Counted from the first letter of the stretch, positions 19,865-30,732 are shown. The stretch is DNA of 64,000 nucleotides from Candidatus Anstonellales archaeon (GCA_038896535.1 JAWACY010000002.1:96001-160000), one strand, 5' to 3'. A program made the numbers and translations. Notes: generated by a model not told the origin, from the letters alone.

Positions 19865-21712
19865 CTATATGAAATACTTGCAAGGAGAATTTAAAAGCGT
19901 TAGATTAATATCGCACTTATAGTCTAATTCTTTCGTTGCTCCGCCTATATTTCTTTGCACATTTTCTATTGTTAAATTAATTGTATAACTCTTTTTTTCG
20001 TCTTCACGCATATTATTAAAACCGTCCCTTGATGCTGTGGCATTAAATAGCATATAAGCTTGTTTTGGTTGAGATGTAGTCGTGTCGTTAACAATACTTA
20101 TTAATGCTGATAATTCAGCCAATAAATCACTGCCATCTTTAACCCCATACTTAGGAGCATTATCACAGCTCAAATATCTGTTTTGAGATATGTCAAAACC
20201 GCAAAATATATAACTGTATTTAAGAGTGCCGGGCAGCAATATAACTTTAACCGGCTGAGGAGAGCAAGCCAAAGATCCCATGCAATAAAACACCCTACTC
20301 TTATTGTTATCATCCTCATTGCTTTCAGCTATACTATTTTCAGGATCAGCACTCGTATTTACCTCTATTATTTTAAATTCATCTTCGCATATTAAATTGA
20401 ATTTTACTATATTATTATCTGGTGATAGCTCATATTTATCCTCTATTATTGTGCTTTGTGTTTGTGTTGTTTCTTTAATTTTCAATGATAAATTTGCTTT
20501 TCCTTGTGGCGGGAAATTTTCAAAAATAATCGATGCATTACACTCATAACTTCTGCCTTGGCCTATTTCATTGCCATTAAATGGGCATGATATGTCTGAT
20601 TTTAAGTTTGGTGTCAATATATTTACTGTTATTTGTGTAGTTATTGTATAACCACTACACCCAGATTCTAATGATTGAATTGTAACATTAAATGTCAGGC
20701 TTGCTGGCATTGGTTGATTGCCATTATAATTTAAATCCCCTGTTACATCAGCACTACTGCCACTAGCTATTTCCACCTGATTATCAAGAGAAAAAGCGAA
20801 ATTATTATCATTAGGCACTACAGATATAACTTTTATCTTCTCTTCTCCATTATTTGTGACTTTTATTGTAACTTTTGTAGGGTTTCCAGTATATACAATT
20901 CCATTACTTGATAACTGAACATTTATTAATTTACAATATGGCACATTAACCGGCAAGCTTATTGAGTAAGCATCTGTAGGTTGCCTGAAATATCTTATTC
21001 CTTCCCTAAAAGAAAAATAAGTATCATTCATATCAACAAGTAAGACACAAAAATAATTGGCATTTGCATTTATTGAATTTGGATTATTACTTATTGTGAA
21101 AGTTTTGGCAAAACTATTGCCTGATTCGCCACTTATAGATTGATAATAATTGTTAACAGATATATCCCCATGACAATACATTACTGCTGAACCATTTGAG
21201 ACTTTCCAGTTATTATCATTATTATAATATTTAACATTTACTTGCCTCCCGTTTGAAATTGAGAAAGCACATGAACCAGTTTTATTAAAATAATAATAAC
21301 CAACGCCATTACCAAAATCTGTTTTACAATTGTTTGATGCGTCGAATGGAAGCGAGCCTTGTTGGATAAAATTTACTGTTAAATTTTGCAATCCGGGCCC
21401 AGTTCCGCCAGTCGAGCCAAATGAAGAGCTTGTTGATGATATTACATCACCAGTAGGCCAAAACTTTAAAGTTAGGTTTGCTAAAACGTTAAATGGTTTA
21501 TTTGGTATTACTTTTTGAACTCTTACACCATTTTGATAAAAATCAACTGAAAAGTTAAATAACCATGAAATTGGAGCAATTAAATCAAAATTAGTTTGTT
21601 GCCCTGAACGAGGAGCATTTCCTGCCTTATATAAGTCACTTCCAGATTGTGATGTTTGTGCACTAAAAACAATTGTTAAAATTAAAAATAAAAAAAATAT
21701 TTTTTTTATCAT
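19865..21712 (-). CDS. Secreted/surface protein with Ig-like and CARDB-type domains
   Basis: Signal peptide MIKKIFFLFLILTIVFSA; VTIKVTNNG; ADPENSIAESNEDDNN (CARDB end motif); many Cys and N-x-S/T sequons. Confidence 0.82.
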   Translation of the reverse strand: MIKKIFFLFLILTIVFSAQTSQSGSDLYKAGNAPRSGQQTNFDLIAPISWLFNFSVDFYQNGVRVQKVIPNKPFNVLANLTLKFWPTGDVISSTSSSFGSTGGTGPGLQNLTVNFIQQGSLPFDASNNCKTDFGNGVGYYYFNKTGSCAFSISNGRQVNVKYYNNDNNWKVSNGSAVMYCHGDISVNNYYQSISGESGNSFAKTFTISNNPNSINANANYFCVLLVDMNDTYFSFREGIRYFRQPTDAYSISLPVNVPYCKLINVQLSSNGIVYTGNPTKVTIKVTNNGEEKIKVISVVPNDNNFAFSLDNQVEIASGSSADVTGDLNYNGNQPMPASLTFNVTIQSLESGCSGYTITTQITVNILTPNLKSDISCPFNGNEIGQGRSYECNASIIFENFPPQGKANLSLKIKETTQTQSTIIEDKYELSPDNNIVKFNLICEDEFKIIEVNTSADPENSIAESNEDDNNKSRVFYCMGSLACSPQPVKVILLPGTLKYSYIFCGFDISQNRYLSCDNAPKYGVKDGSDLLAELSALISIVNDTTTSQPKQAYMLFNATASRDGFNNMREDEKKSYTINLTIENVQRNIGGATKELDYKCDINLTLLNSPCKYFI

Positions 21713-21724
21713 TTTTTCACTTTA

Positions 21725-24700
21725 TTATGTAGATTCAGCATTCTTAAATAATTCTTCTGCCATTTCTTCTGGATCTCTTGTTATTGTTCTCCCCCATGCA
21801 TCTACATCTTCTGTTCTTAAACCTATCTGTTCTAAAAGCCAATTAACTGCCCTCTCTGCTCCAGACACAATAACTGTAAGTATTGGGACAAAGTAAGGGC
21901 CTACTTGAATAACAGAAATGCTAGGGTTAACAGACCAGTTCTCTCGCTCATAACTAACTGTATAAGTATTTATTAATCCCACTGATGGAATTGGGCTCCT
22001 TGCCCAAGATAAACCAAATTTTCCACCGCCAATTGCATAACTAGCTCCTGCTCCCCACATTAAACCGGCGCTGCTAAAACCAACAAATGGAGAAACAGTT
22101 AAATCTCCTAATCTAACATATGGGGACAGAGCAGCCATTCCATAAATAGCGAGGGCATTAGTTGCACTAGCACTAAGAAGCCAGGCAAGTCCAACATTCT
22201 CATTCCCAAATATTGGGAATGCAGTACTTATTCCAACTCCGGGATTTACAAATTTTCCATTAACAAACATAATTTGTGGCTGAATAGTAAATGGCCCCTC
22301 ACGAAACTCTAAGCCAACAATTGCTGTCCTTCTCAATCTATCAGCAAATAATTTTTGCTTTTCTTTTAATGTTAATTCTCTTGGCCTCTGCTCTCTTACC
22401 TCTTTTATTATTGGTTTAATCTTCTCTTGGTCTTTTTTATCAAATTCAAGCCCGCCTAATTTCTGGCCATTACTGTCTTTTACTTCAATAAATATTTTAT
22501 CATTTGTTTCTGTTACTGTATAATTATAATTCCTAAGATTGTGAGCCACATTTTTAAGTCCTTCTTTTGTATTTTCTCCTATATTAGGTATCTGATCGAT
22601 CTGATCATCGGTTGGCACATTAACGACCCAATTACCATTTTGCTTCGTGAGAGTTAAATTTTGCTGTAATTTCTTTATTGCTTCTTCAGCAAGGTTGCCG
22701 CCTACATCAGAAGGTAATATTGAACGAAATTCCGTCAAAGATATTTCATAACCAACAACTTCTGTTCTTATTATTGATTCCGTTGCTGTTGTTGGTAGGC
22801 TAACTACTGGCACAACTGGAAGGAGTGTTAAGTCTGGCTTTCTTGGCTGAATAAAAATTGGTGTTCCTACATTATCTATCATACCATAAAATTCTACTTT
22901 TGGCAGTTGCGGAGCTCTACTAACACTTTCTGAAGGAACAGGCATAGTTATAGAAAATTCTCCTCCCCACCTTGAAACGCTGCCATAACCAAGCTCAACA
23001 TCGCCATTCAATACAAAATAGTTGCGCCATATAAGTGCATCTTTTTTGTTATCCTCTTCTTTTTCATTCTTTTGTGATAGCATTAAAATTGCCATACTGG
23101 CACTTGATGCCATTATTATATTTTCTCTATCATTTTCTGGTGTCAGGACAAGCCTATCATTTTTCGTTACTAATATATCATCTTTTGCGGCTGCGTTAAC
23201 TGTTACATTCCCTCTATTATCAACATTAACTCTATAAACTGTTATTCTTTCACCATTTGGCTTTAAGATATCTATGTTATAAGTTCCGGGCTTTAAATTT
23301 TTTGCTTTAATTGTCTCTTGAATATTTTCAATCTTTTGTTGACTGCCAAACACATTTCTGTTTATATTGATGCCTTCTGTTGCTTTTTGCCATCCAGCTA
23401 TCCAATTTTGAGCATTAAATGCATTTCCAACCAGATCTTCAAATGGATATTCAACTGCCTGTATTGCAAACAAAACTGCTGCAGCATCTTCAACCGATAT
23501 TTTATTACTAAGGCCAAGTTCTTGTATCAATTTTCTTGCACTATCTCTTAAGTTATTCTTTTCTGTATCAGACATGGAATCAAAAATCCTTTGTGTATTA
23601 TTCAGAAAGTAATCAAAAACCGCGTTATATCTCCTCCTATATACTTCATTAGCTTCTTCGCTTACATAACCAAAATACCTTCTTATAACAAATTCTTTTA
23701 GGCCATTCAAATCATTTACTCTGCTGCCTTTAGCATATTTAACAATCCAAGCAACAGATGGATAATAGCCAAGAAATTCTTGGCTGTATTCATAACTTGC
23801 TGTTATACTATAACCTTTACCTTTCTTCTTTTCTCCTGCTGGTTTATAATATACTCTTGTCTCTGTTGCCCCTTGTGGTGGTTGTGGCTGCAGTGGTGAT
23901 TCAGGTGGTTTTTGTTCAACTTCAACATACTTAACCGGTAGCTTTGGTTGTATGCTTTCTACAAGTTTTAGAATACGCAAACCCTGCTTTTGCTCTTCTG
24001 ATCCTTTAGCAAAATATTCGTTTTTATTAAGCTCTTCATTAAAAGCAGAAATCTCATTATCGGTTTTTAAATGCTCCTTTATAATATTAAGCACATCGAC
24101 CTTTTCATTATCAGGCAACTGCTTATTCATAATTTGTATTAATGCTATTCTCCTGATTAAAGGCTCTAAAAACAAGGGCATAAAATCTTCTTCTATCCCT
24201 ACTCTTTTTGCCAGTGAAACAAGCTCACTCCTTATATCATTATCCTCTTTCTTTAACTGTTCTATCTGTGCAATAACATCTTTTAGATTAACATTATTCT
24301 TCAACATAAATACAACATCATTTATATCATAACCATAATCCCATAATAAACTTTTTACATCTTCCTCATTATTTTCATTGATAGTAATATTTTTTTGTTT
24401 TAATTTTTCTTTTATTTGCTGCCACACAACATCTGACCATTTTTCTTTTATTTTGTCTTCCAGATATTCGTTAAAATCTCTATACTTCATGCTTCTTAAG
24501 TTAATACTTTTTTCATACCAGTCTTCATCCAAAAGTTCAGCAACAAATGATAAATATTCATCCGCTGTCATTGAATTCATTATTTGAGTCAAAAAATTTT
24601 GCCTTCTCATAGAAACAATTGAAAATGCTTCTCTATCCCCTGCACTTCTATATGATAATCTTTCTTGAATAAGAATTAAAGCAAATTGGTTTGCAACTGT

Positions 24701-25681
24701 CATTGTAGAAGCTTTTGCATTCATATCAGCAAATGTTTTTGCCAGCTTTCTGTATTGCTTTTCAAACTCTTCTTTTTCTTGATCTCCTGAATTTTTACTT
24801 ATACTGTCTTTATAGAATTTTTGTAGTTTATCATAAAATTCTGAGACAATAAGATAAATAGATGCCAGCTTTCCTGCTTCTGCATCAAAAAGATGAAGAT
24901 ACTTACTTGGCAATTTTCCTCCTTCTACCAATCTTTCTACTACTCCCCTTAAGTCATTCATGCCTTTACTCAACTCATCGTAAAAATCATTCATCGATTT
25001 TGTTAGGTCTACTTTTTGTTCTCTTTCTCCTATTTGTTCATTAGAAATTAAAATGGAATAACCCTTAGCTAGAGTCAAATTCAAATATGCAACAGAATCA
25101 TAAAGCTCTTTGCCGGTTTTGAGCTTTTTTTCATCAAATAATGCTTTCATAATAAGTCCTATTGTTGCTTCCATATATACATTTTTTTCTTTTGCTGGCA
25201 ATTCTAAACTTTGGCCAATTGAATCAAAACCATCATAAGCAATGCCAATAACTTGCAATAGACTAAGCCTTATTCTTCCAGCTTCTGTTCCAACATCTTT
25301 TAACTCTGCAAGAGATTTTATCACATCTGCAATCTCTTCATCCCCTAATCCTTTCCTTTTTGCAGCTAATTCAACAAGCATTGCTGCTTCTATTGTTGAC
25401 GCATATCTTGCCTTTTCTTTAGGGTCTTTTTCATTCAATATACTCTCTATAAGTCCCCTATCAGTCCTTACAAGATAGGCAATTCTACCAAAAAAAGTTC
25501 TAGGCCATATTTTTGCATAACCTTGCTTTACTAATCTATCTATTAACTCACCTTCATTTTTTATTTGAAATTTGTTTACATATGCACTTAATACTTCTTC
25601 GCTTACCCCATATTTTTGTGCTAATTGCTTAACATCAATTTGTTTTTCAGTTGCTGTTTGATCAGGCATTTTTACACCCAT
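21725..25681 (-). CDS. Giant orphan protein (1318 aa): helical N-terminal half, Pro linker, C-terminal beta-barrel-like segment
   Basis: Uninterrupted ORF; leaderless-type TATA upstream. Confidence 0.87.
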   Translation of the reverse strand: MGVKMPDQTATEKQIDVKQLAQKYGVSEEVLSAYVNKFQIKNEGELIDRLVKQGYAKIWPRTFFGRIAYLVRTDRGLIESILNEKDPKEKARYASTIEAAMLVELAAKRKGLGDEEIADVIKSLAELKDVGTEAGRIRLSLLQVIGIAYDGFDSIGQSLELPAKEKNVYMEATIGLIMKALFDEKKLKTGKELYDSVAYLNLTLAKGYSILISNEQIGEREQKVDLTKSMNDFYDELSKGMNDLRGVVERLVEGGKLPSKYLHLFDAEAGKLASIYLIVSEFYDKLQKFYKDSISKNSGDQEKEEFEKQYRKLAKTFADMNAKASTMTVANQFALILIQERLSYRSAGDREAFSIVSMRRQNFLTQIMNSMTADEYLSFVAELLDEDWYEKSINLRSMKYRDFNEYLEDKIKEKWSDVVWQQIKEKLKQKNITINENNEEDVKSLLWDYGYDINDVVFMLKNNVNLKDVIAQIEQLKKEDNDIRSELVSLAKRVGIEEDFMPLFLEPLIRRIALIQIMNKQLPDNEKVDVLNIIKEHLKTDNEISAFNEELNKNEYFAKGSEEQKQGLRILKLVESIQPKLPVKYVEVEQKPPESPLQPQPPQGATETRVYYKPAGEKKKGKGYSITASYEYSQEFLGYYPSVAWIVKYAKGSRVNDLNGLKEFVIRRYFGYVSEEANEVYRRRYNAVFDYFLNNTQRIFDSMSDTEKNNLRDSARKLIQELGLSNKISVEDAAAVLFAIQAVEYPFEDLVGNAFNAQNWIAGWQKATEGININRNVFGSQQKIENIQETIKAKNLKPGTYNIDILKPNGERITVYRVNVDNRGNVTVNAAAKDDILVTKNDRLVLTPENDRENIIMASSASMAILMLSQKNEKEEDNKKDALIWRNYFVLNGDVELGYGSVSRWGGEFSITMPVPSESVSRAPQLPKVEFYGMIDNVGTPIFIQPRKPDLTLLPVVPVVSLPTTATESIIRTEVVGYEISLTEFRSILPSDVGGNLAEEAIKKLQQNLTLTKQNGNWVVNVPTDDQIDQIPNIGENTKEGLKNVAHNLRNYNYTVTETNDKIFIEVKDSNGQKLGGLEFDKKDQEKIKPIIKEVREQRPRELTLKEKQKLFADRLRRTAIVGLEFREGPFTIQPQIMFVNGKFVNPGVGISTAFPIFGNENVGLAWLLSASATNALAIYGMAALSPYVRLGDLTVSPFVGFSSAGLMWGAGASYAIGGGKFGLSWARSPIPSVGLINTYTVSYERENWSVNPSISVIQVGPYFVPILTVIVSGAERAVNWLLEQIGLRTEDVDAWGRTITRDPEEMAEELFKNAEST

Positions 25682-25731
25682 TAAATTTTTATTTAGTTAT
25701 ATTTAAAAATGTTGCTAAAATAAAAAAAGGT

Positions 25732-26310
25732 ATGAAAGCAATTTACATACATTTGTTTTGTATTGGCCTTATGTTATTAATTTTATTTGCTTCATTTATA
25801 ATAGCAAAACAGGAAATGCAAAGAAATACACTGCTTATAAGTGCTTTTGGATTCCTTGCCCTTTTATGGCTTATTTTTACAACATCATTGACAATTGCAA
25901 TTAAATTCCTGCCAAATAATGAGATATTGAAATTCTTAATAAAAGAAAGAAGGATTGTTGGGCTTTATGGCTTCTTTTTTGCTTTGATACATATCACTTT
26001 AGTACTAAACTTTTTTTTCAGATGGGACATTGAAAAGGCAATTTTTGGTAATACTTACAGATTTATTGGCGGGATCGCACTGCTTCTTTTATCATTATTA
26101 GCAATAACAAGCAATAATTTCTCTATGGCATTATTAAAGAAAAACTGGAAAACATTGCATTATTTAATATATATAATAATAATTCTAGCGCTAATTCATG
26201 CAGCAAACATAGGCTTAATTTTCATGAAAAATGATTACATAAAATATGGCATAATACTTTTATCAGCAGCAGTTTTATTATATAAATTTAAAAATCTTTT
26301 CTTAAAATAG
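25732..26310 (+). CDS. Ferric-reductase-like transmembrane heme protein (MsrQ-like)
   Basis: RRIVGLYGFFFALIH, LAITSNN...WKTLHYLIY...LIH. Confidence 0.88.
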   Translation: MKAIYIHLFCIGLMLLILFASFIIAKQEMQRNTLLISAFGFLALLWLIFTTSLTIAIKFLPNNEILKFLIKERRIVGLYGFFFALIHITLVLNFFFRWDIEKAIFGNTYRFIGGIALLLLSLLAITSNNFSMALLKKNWKTLHYLIYIIIILALIHAANIGLIFMKNDYIKYGIILLSAAVLLYKFKNLFLK

Positions 26311-26313
26311 AGT

Positions 26314-26745
26314 ATGGAGTATAATAAATTTTATGCTTTATTCCTTATATTGATGCTAATTTTCTTATATGGCTGTTATCAAAGCACAAGCCCATCAAAT
26401 ACTGAAATCAAAGAGGAGTTAGCAAATATTAATAAAAGTAATGAAAGCATTAATGTAATTAATATAACAAGCAGTGGTTTTATACCAGACACAATAAAAA
26501 TAAAGAAAGGCCAGGCAGTGAAATTCGTTAATGTCGATACAAACAAACATTGGCCAGCATCAGATGTCCATCCAACACATAATGTATATCCTGAAAAAGG
26601 GGGTTGTATAGGGAGTAAATTCGATGCATGCAAGCCCTTGCAAAAAGATGAGTCATTTATATTTGTATTCAATGAAATAGGAACTTGGGATTATCATGAC
26701 CATCTAAACCCTGGATTAAAAGGTAAAATTATTGTTGAGGGCTGA
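26314..26745 (+). CDS. Cupredoxin-like lipoprotein
   Basis: LYGC lipobox-like signal; GFIPDTIKIKKGQAVKFVN, HWPASDVHPTH, GTWDYHDHLNP. Confidence 0.85.
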   Translation: MEYNKFYALFLILMLIFLYGCYQSTSPSNTEIKEELANINKSNESINVINITSSGFIPDTIKIKKGQAVKFVNVDTNKHWPASDVHPTHNVYPEKGGCIGSKFDACKPLQKDESFIFVFNEIGTWDYHDHLNPGLKGKIIVEG

Positions 26746-26800
26746 GAAATAAAAAAGAAAAAAAGCAAACATATTTATTATTTTACACCCTATTTATTTT

Positions 26801-27211
26801 ATGTTCTCAAAAAAATTTCTCTATACATTGGATGCAGATGAAGTTATTGATATAACACATGATATAAAAAATGCTGTTGAAGAAAGCAAGATAAAGAATG
26901 GCATATGCAATGTTTTTGCTAAAGGTTCTACTGCCGCATTAATATTGAGTGAGTATGAGCATGGCCATATAAAAGATTTATTTAATGCAATGGAAATAAT
27001 AGCGCCATCAAAAAATTATTATGAGCATGACAAAGCATGGCATGATGGCAATGGAAAAAGCCACATAAGAGCAGCATTTTTACAGCAACATTTGACAATG
27101 CCATTAATAAACAAAAGGCTTGAAATAGGCCAATGGCAAAACATTCTATTGATAAATCTTGATACAAGAAAAAGAGAAAGGGAAGTATTGCTTTCTATAT
27201 TGGAGGGCTAA
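26801..27211 (+). CDS. yjbQ: YjbQ/UPF0047 family protein
   Basis: GSTAAL..EYE, YEHD...NGKSHIRA, GQWQNI. Confidence 0.92.
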   Translation: MFSKKFLYTLDADEVIDITHDIKNAVEESKIKNGICNVFAKGSTAALILSEYEHGHIKDLFNAMEIIAPSKNYYEHDKAWHDGNGKSHIRAAFLQQHLTMPLINKRLEIGQWQNILLINLDTRKREREVLLSILEG

Positions 27212-27212
27212 A

Positions 27213-27584
27213 ATGAGAAAAGGCATAAACGCAGAAAGAGAGCTTTTTCATTTACTAGAAAATAAAGGGTTCTTCGTAATAAGGGCTGCTGGTTCAGGGC
27301 ATCTAAAAAGCCCTGACTTACTTGCTTTTAAACTCGGCACTTATATTGGTTTTGAAGTAAAGGCACACAATAAAAAAGAATTAAGATTTAGCAGAGAGCA
27401 GCTGGATAATATGGAAAAATGGGAAAAAAACACAGGCATTGCTTTATACATAGCATGGAAAGTGCCCAAAAAAGGTTTTTTGTTTCTTCCTACAAAATAT
27501 ATAAACAAAAACGACGGAGCAAAAACTGTTAGCATAAAACTTGATGAAGCTTATAAACTTGCTTACAAAGAATGGGAACTTTAA
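27213..27584 (+). CDS. hjc: Holliday junction resolvase Hjc
   Basis: MRKGINAEREL...VIRAAGSG..SPDLLA...FEVK; SD GGAGG. Confidence 0.95.
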   Translation: MRKGINAERELFHLLENKGFFVIRAAGSGHLKSPDLLAFKLGTYIGFEVKAHNKKELRFSREQLDNMEKWEKNTGIALYIAWKVPKKGFLFLPTKYINKNDGAKTVSIKLDEAYKLAYKEWEL

Positions 27585-27585
27585 C

Positions 27586-28881
27586 TTATGCTCTTGGCTT
27601 TTTTTCCTTCGGCGGAGGGTATGTTTTTTCTTCTCTTGGTTTTTCCTGGGCCGGATATTCAGCATAGTAATACCTAATCGGATCTGGATTCCAAGGGTTA
27701 GTTAAACCGGCCGCGATAAACCTTGCTATAACATGTTGTAATATTTCTGCTTCTGAAGCAATATTTTTCATTACATCTTCTTTTATTCCAAGGGCACTTA
27801 TGTTTTTAAACAATTCATATTCATCTCCTTTCGTATAATCACCCCCTCGCGGTAGATAATATGAATTAATCTGTGTTAAAAAAGAAAATGGTTTATCACT
27901 AGATATCATGTTTGTTGCTTCTATTAAATATTTTCTAGCTTTCTCTCCTTCACCTATTCCAATAATAAGATTTGTATGCCCAACAAATGAATCTTCTTTC
28001 TTTTTATCTTCTTTTAATAAAAATGCATTCATGTAAGAAATGCTGACTTTTTCTTTTTCATTTCTAAGAGCTATTGATAAAAAAGACCCTAAAAGAAATG
28101 AGCTAGAATCACAATCTAAGACTCTTTCATTCATTGCGCTTACAAGATCAGCTGTTGCTTTTGGCTTATAACCCAACATCCACACAGATAAAGTCATTGA
28201 TATAATAGCAGCTTCAATCTTTTCTTCAGTAGTCAAATACCTCCTTTCCTCTGATATAGTTTTAGAAATTATTCCATTATAAAGTGCCTGTGTTAAAGTC
28301 ATTATGCGCAAAAAATTTCTAACTTGATTCTTTACTTCTCTATATTTTTTATTTCCCATCTCTGCTTTCAGATGATCAAACTTATTATAGAACTGTTCTT
28401 CATTTTCATATCCTATTGATCCTAAGAATACAATTATCTTTTCATCTACCATATCTTCTGCTAAAAGCTCTGGACTCATAATTTTTAATACATCTGCCGG
28501 CCTTTTTTCTTTTTGCCCATCAATTCTTGCTGCTATAGTATTTCCTCCTTTGCTGTATTCTATTATTAATGAGCTAATAGCAAGGCCGTGCTGTTTAAAC
28601 TTGTTTTCTAATATTTCTTTAACCATATTTATCTTTCTGCCAACTTCTTTTTCATCTCCTTCCCTATGCAAGAAATAAAGCACTAACTTCCCTGTCTTTT
28701 TAAATTCTTCTACTGCTTTCTTGTAAGCATCAATATTTACCCCTGTCATTTTTAATTGAGTGATAGTATGTTGTGATAATAAAACTTCATTGGCAAATCT
28801 CTCTCTGTCTTTTTTATCTTTTAAATCATATTTAGTTTTTTCTTGCTTTTGCTCTTTGCTCTTTTGCACACCATTTGCCAT
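27586..28881 (-). CDS. Transglutaminase-like (papain-fold) orphan protein
   Basis: LDCDSSSFLL...GHTNLII...YLIEAT putative Cys-His-Glu triad. Confidence 0.65.
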   Translation of the reverse strand: MANGVQKSKEQKQEKTKYDLKDKKDRERFANEVLLSQHTITQLKMTGVNIDAYKKAVEEFKKTGKLVLYFLHREGDEKEVGRKINMVKEILENKFKQHGLAISSLIIEYSKGGNTIAARIDGQKEKRPADVLKIMSPELLAEDMVDEKIIVFLGSIGYENEEQFYNKFDHLKAEMGNKKYREVKNQVRNFLRIMTLTQALYNGIISKTISEERRYLTTEEKIEAAIISMTLSVWMLGYKPKATADLVSAMNERVLDCDSSSFLLGSFLSIALRNEKEKVSISYMNAFLLKEDKKKEDSFVGHTNLIIGIGEGEKARKYLIEATNMISSDKPFSFLTQINSYYLPRGGDYTKGDEYELFKNISALGIKEDVMKNIASEAEILQHVIARFIAAGLTNPWNPDPIRYYYAEYPAQEKPREEKTYPPPKEKKPRA

Positions 28882-28927
28882 ATTAACATTAATAGTAGAT
28901 GTTTTTAAATTTTTAGTGTCTCGAAAG

Positions 28928-30679
28928 TTAAATAATTTCTAATGTATCAATGTTTAAAAGTTCTAAGCATGTTTTTATTACTGCTAAAAATCTTTTTGTC
29001 AGAAAAAGGCGTTTATGTGCTTGCTCTTTATCTTCGCTTATTATTTTGTATTTCTCATAAAATGTATTGAATGCATTGGCAAGTTCAAATGCATAATCTG
29101 CAATGACATTTGGCTCGAAAGTATTTGCAGACTTTTGGACATAATATGGAAATTGCCATATCAATCTTGCAACTGCCCTTTCATCCTCATTTAATACAAC
29201 ATTTAGAGATAGCTGCTTTTTTTCCATTTCTTTATACTCAGCATTATAATCAGCAATATCGCTTTTAACTTTATTTAAAATACTATTTGCCCTTGCATAG
29301 GCATATAGTAAATAAACACCGCTTGCCCCATCTAACTTCAATGCTTTATCCCAATCAAAAACAACAATGCTGTTGTTTGCCATTCTCAACATTGAGTATT
29401 TAATTGCAGCAAGTGCTATTTTTTTCTTATCCCCCCTCTCAATCCTTGCAATGCCCTCATTAAGCAAATCATCTGCAGTAAAACCTATCCATGTGCCTTT
29501 TCTCCCTGAAAAACGCTCTTCTTTTTTTCTAACATGGCCATAAGATACATGGAAAAAGTCATTTTCATTAATAATGCCCATCTCAACTAATGCTTTCTTC
29601 AATACATTTTGATGGGGCTGTTGTTCCTGCCCAATAACATTTATGATGATTGGGTCTTTCACATTATAAAAATTAAGCCCTTCATCAGAGGATTCATAAA
29701 TGCCATTATGAGATTTAAATAAAATGCAACATAAATGGCCTGCTTTAAACATATGAAATATTATGTCTTTTCCAAGATATGTTGGTATGCCATTGCTTCT
29801 AACAATCACTTTATATTGATTATCATTTTGATTAGCATCATTTATTTTTATTACAACGCAATCTTTATACTCTCCTTGCTCCGGCATTTCAACATTTTTA
29901 AGTGCCTTTATTTTTCTTATCCCATCATCAAATAATTTTATAACATCGCTTTCATAAATTGCAAAATCATGCCTTACTCCATATTCCCTAGCAGTCTCCC
30001 TTTGTGCATTTACAACATTTCTTATGAATTCCTTAAAACCTTGCTCTTTTCCGGCTTCAATATTTTTCATTAATTCTGCTATTTCTTTTATATTCTCTTC
30101 CTTCTCAGCCAGTTCATTTGCTTTTATATAATCAAGCCCAATATCAAAATCAAATTTCCCAGTGTTTTGTGTTTTGCCAAATTTTTTATAATACCAATAA
30201 CTTTGTGCAACCTGAAGGCCAAGGTCATTTATATAGTCCATTCTTATTACATCATAGCCATAATAATGCATAATATTCGAGATTGCCATGCATATAAGTG
30301 CATTTCTTAAATGGCCAATATGCCATGGTTTATTTGGGTTAACAGAAGGCCCCTCTATTATGCAATGTCTCTTTTTTCTCTCAAATGTATAAGAAGAGAA
30401 TAGCAAATTTTTATTATCCGCATAGAGGTTTAAAAATCCGTTAATGGCTTTTAAACGAAATCCGCTTAAATTGTATTTATCAAGATCAATGCTTTCTAAA
30501 TCTTGGGCAATTTTATAAACATTCCCGCCTTTTTCTTTTGCTATTTTGAATGCTATTGTACTTGCTATGTCCCCCTGCTCTTGAGATTTTGGCAATGATA
30601 TTGTATTAAAAACAAGCTCATTTGCTAATCCTGTTTCTTTTGCTATAGCATATGAAAACTTATTTATAACATCAAGCAC
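28928..30679 (-). CDS. argS: Arginyl-tRNA synthetase
   Basis: SVNPNKPWHIGHLRN, YINDLG, FSGRKG, anticodon-binding domain. Confidence 0.97.
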   Translation of the reverse strand: MLDVINKFSYAIAKETGLANELVFNTISLPKSQEQGDIASTIAFKIAKEKGGNVYKIAQDLESIDLDKYNLSGFRLKAINGFLNLYADNKNLLFSSYTFERKKRHCIIEGPSVNPNKPWHIGHLRNALICMAISNIMHYYGYDVIRMDYINDLGLQVAQSYWYYKKFGKTQNTGKFDFDIGLDYIKANELAEKEENIKEIAELMKNIEAGKEQGFKEFIRNVVNAQRETAREYGVRHDFAIYESDVIKLFDDGIRKIKALKNVEMPEQGEYKDCVVIKINDANQNDNQYKVIVRSNGIPTYLGKDIIFHMFKAGHLCCILFKSHNGIYESSDEGLNFYNVKDPIIINVIGQEQQPHQNVLKKALVEMGIINENDFFHVSYGHVRKKEERFSGRKGTWIGFTADDLLNEGIARIERGDKKKIALAAIKYSMLRMANNSIVVFDWDKALKLDGASGVYLLYAYARANSILNKVKSDIADYNAEYKEMEKKQLSLNVVLNEDERAVARLIWQFPYYVQKSANTFEPNVIADYAFELANAFNTFYEKYKIISEDKEQAHKRLFLTKRFLAVIKTCLELLNIDTLEII

Positions 30680-30732
30680 ATAACCACCTGGTCTCAGATT
30701 TTTAAATAAATAAAGTCAATTTCATAACGTTT

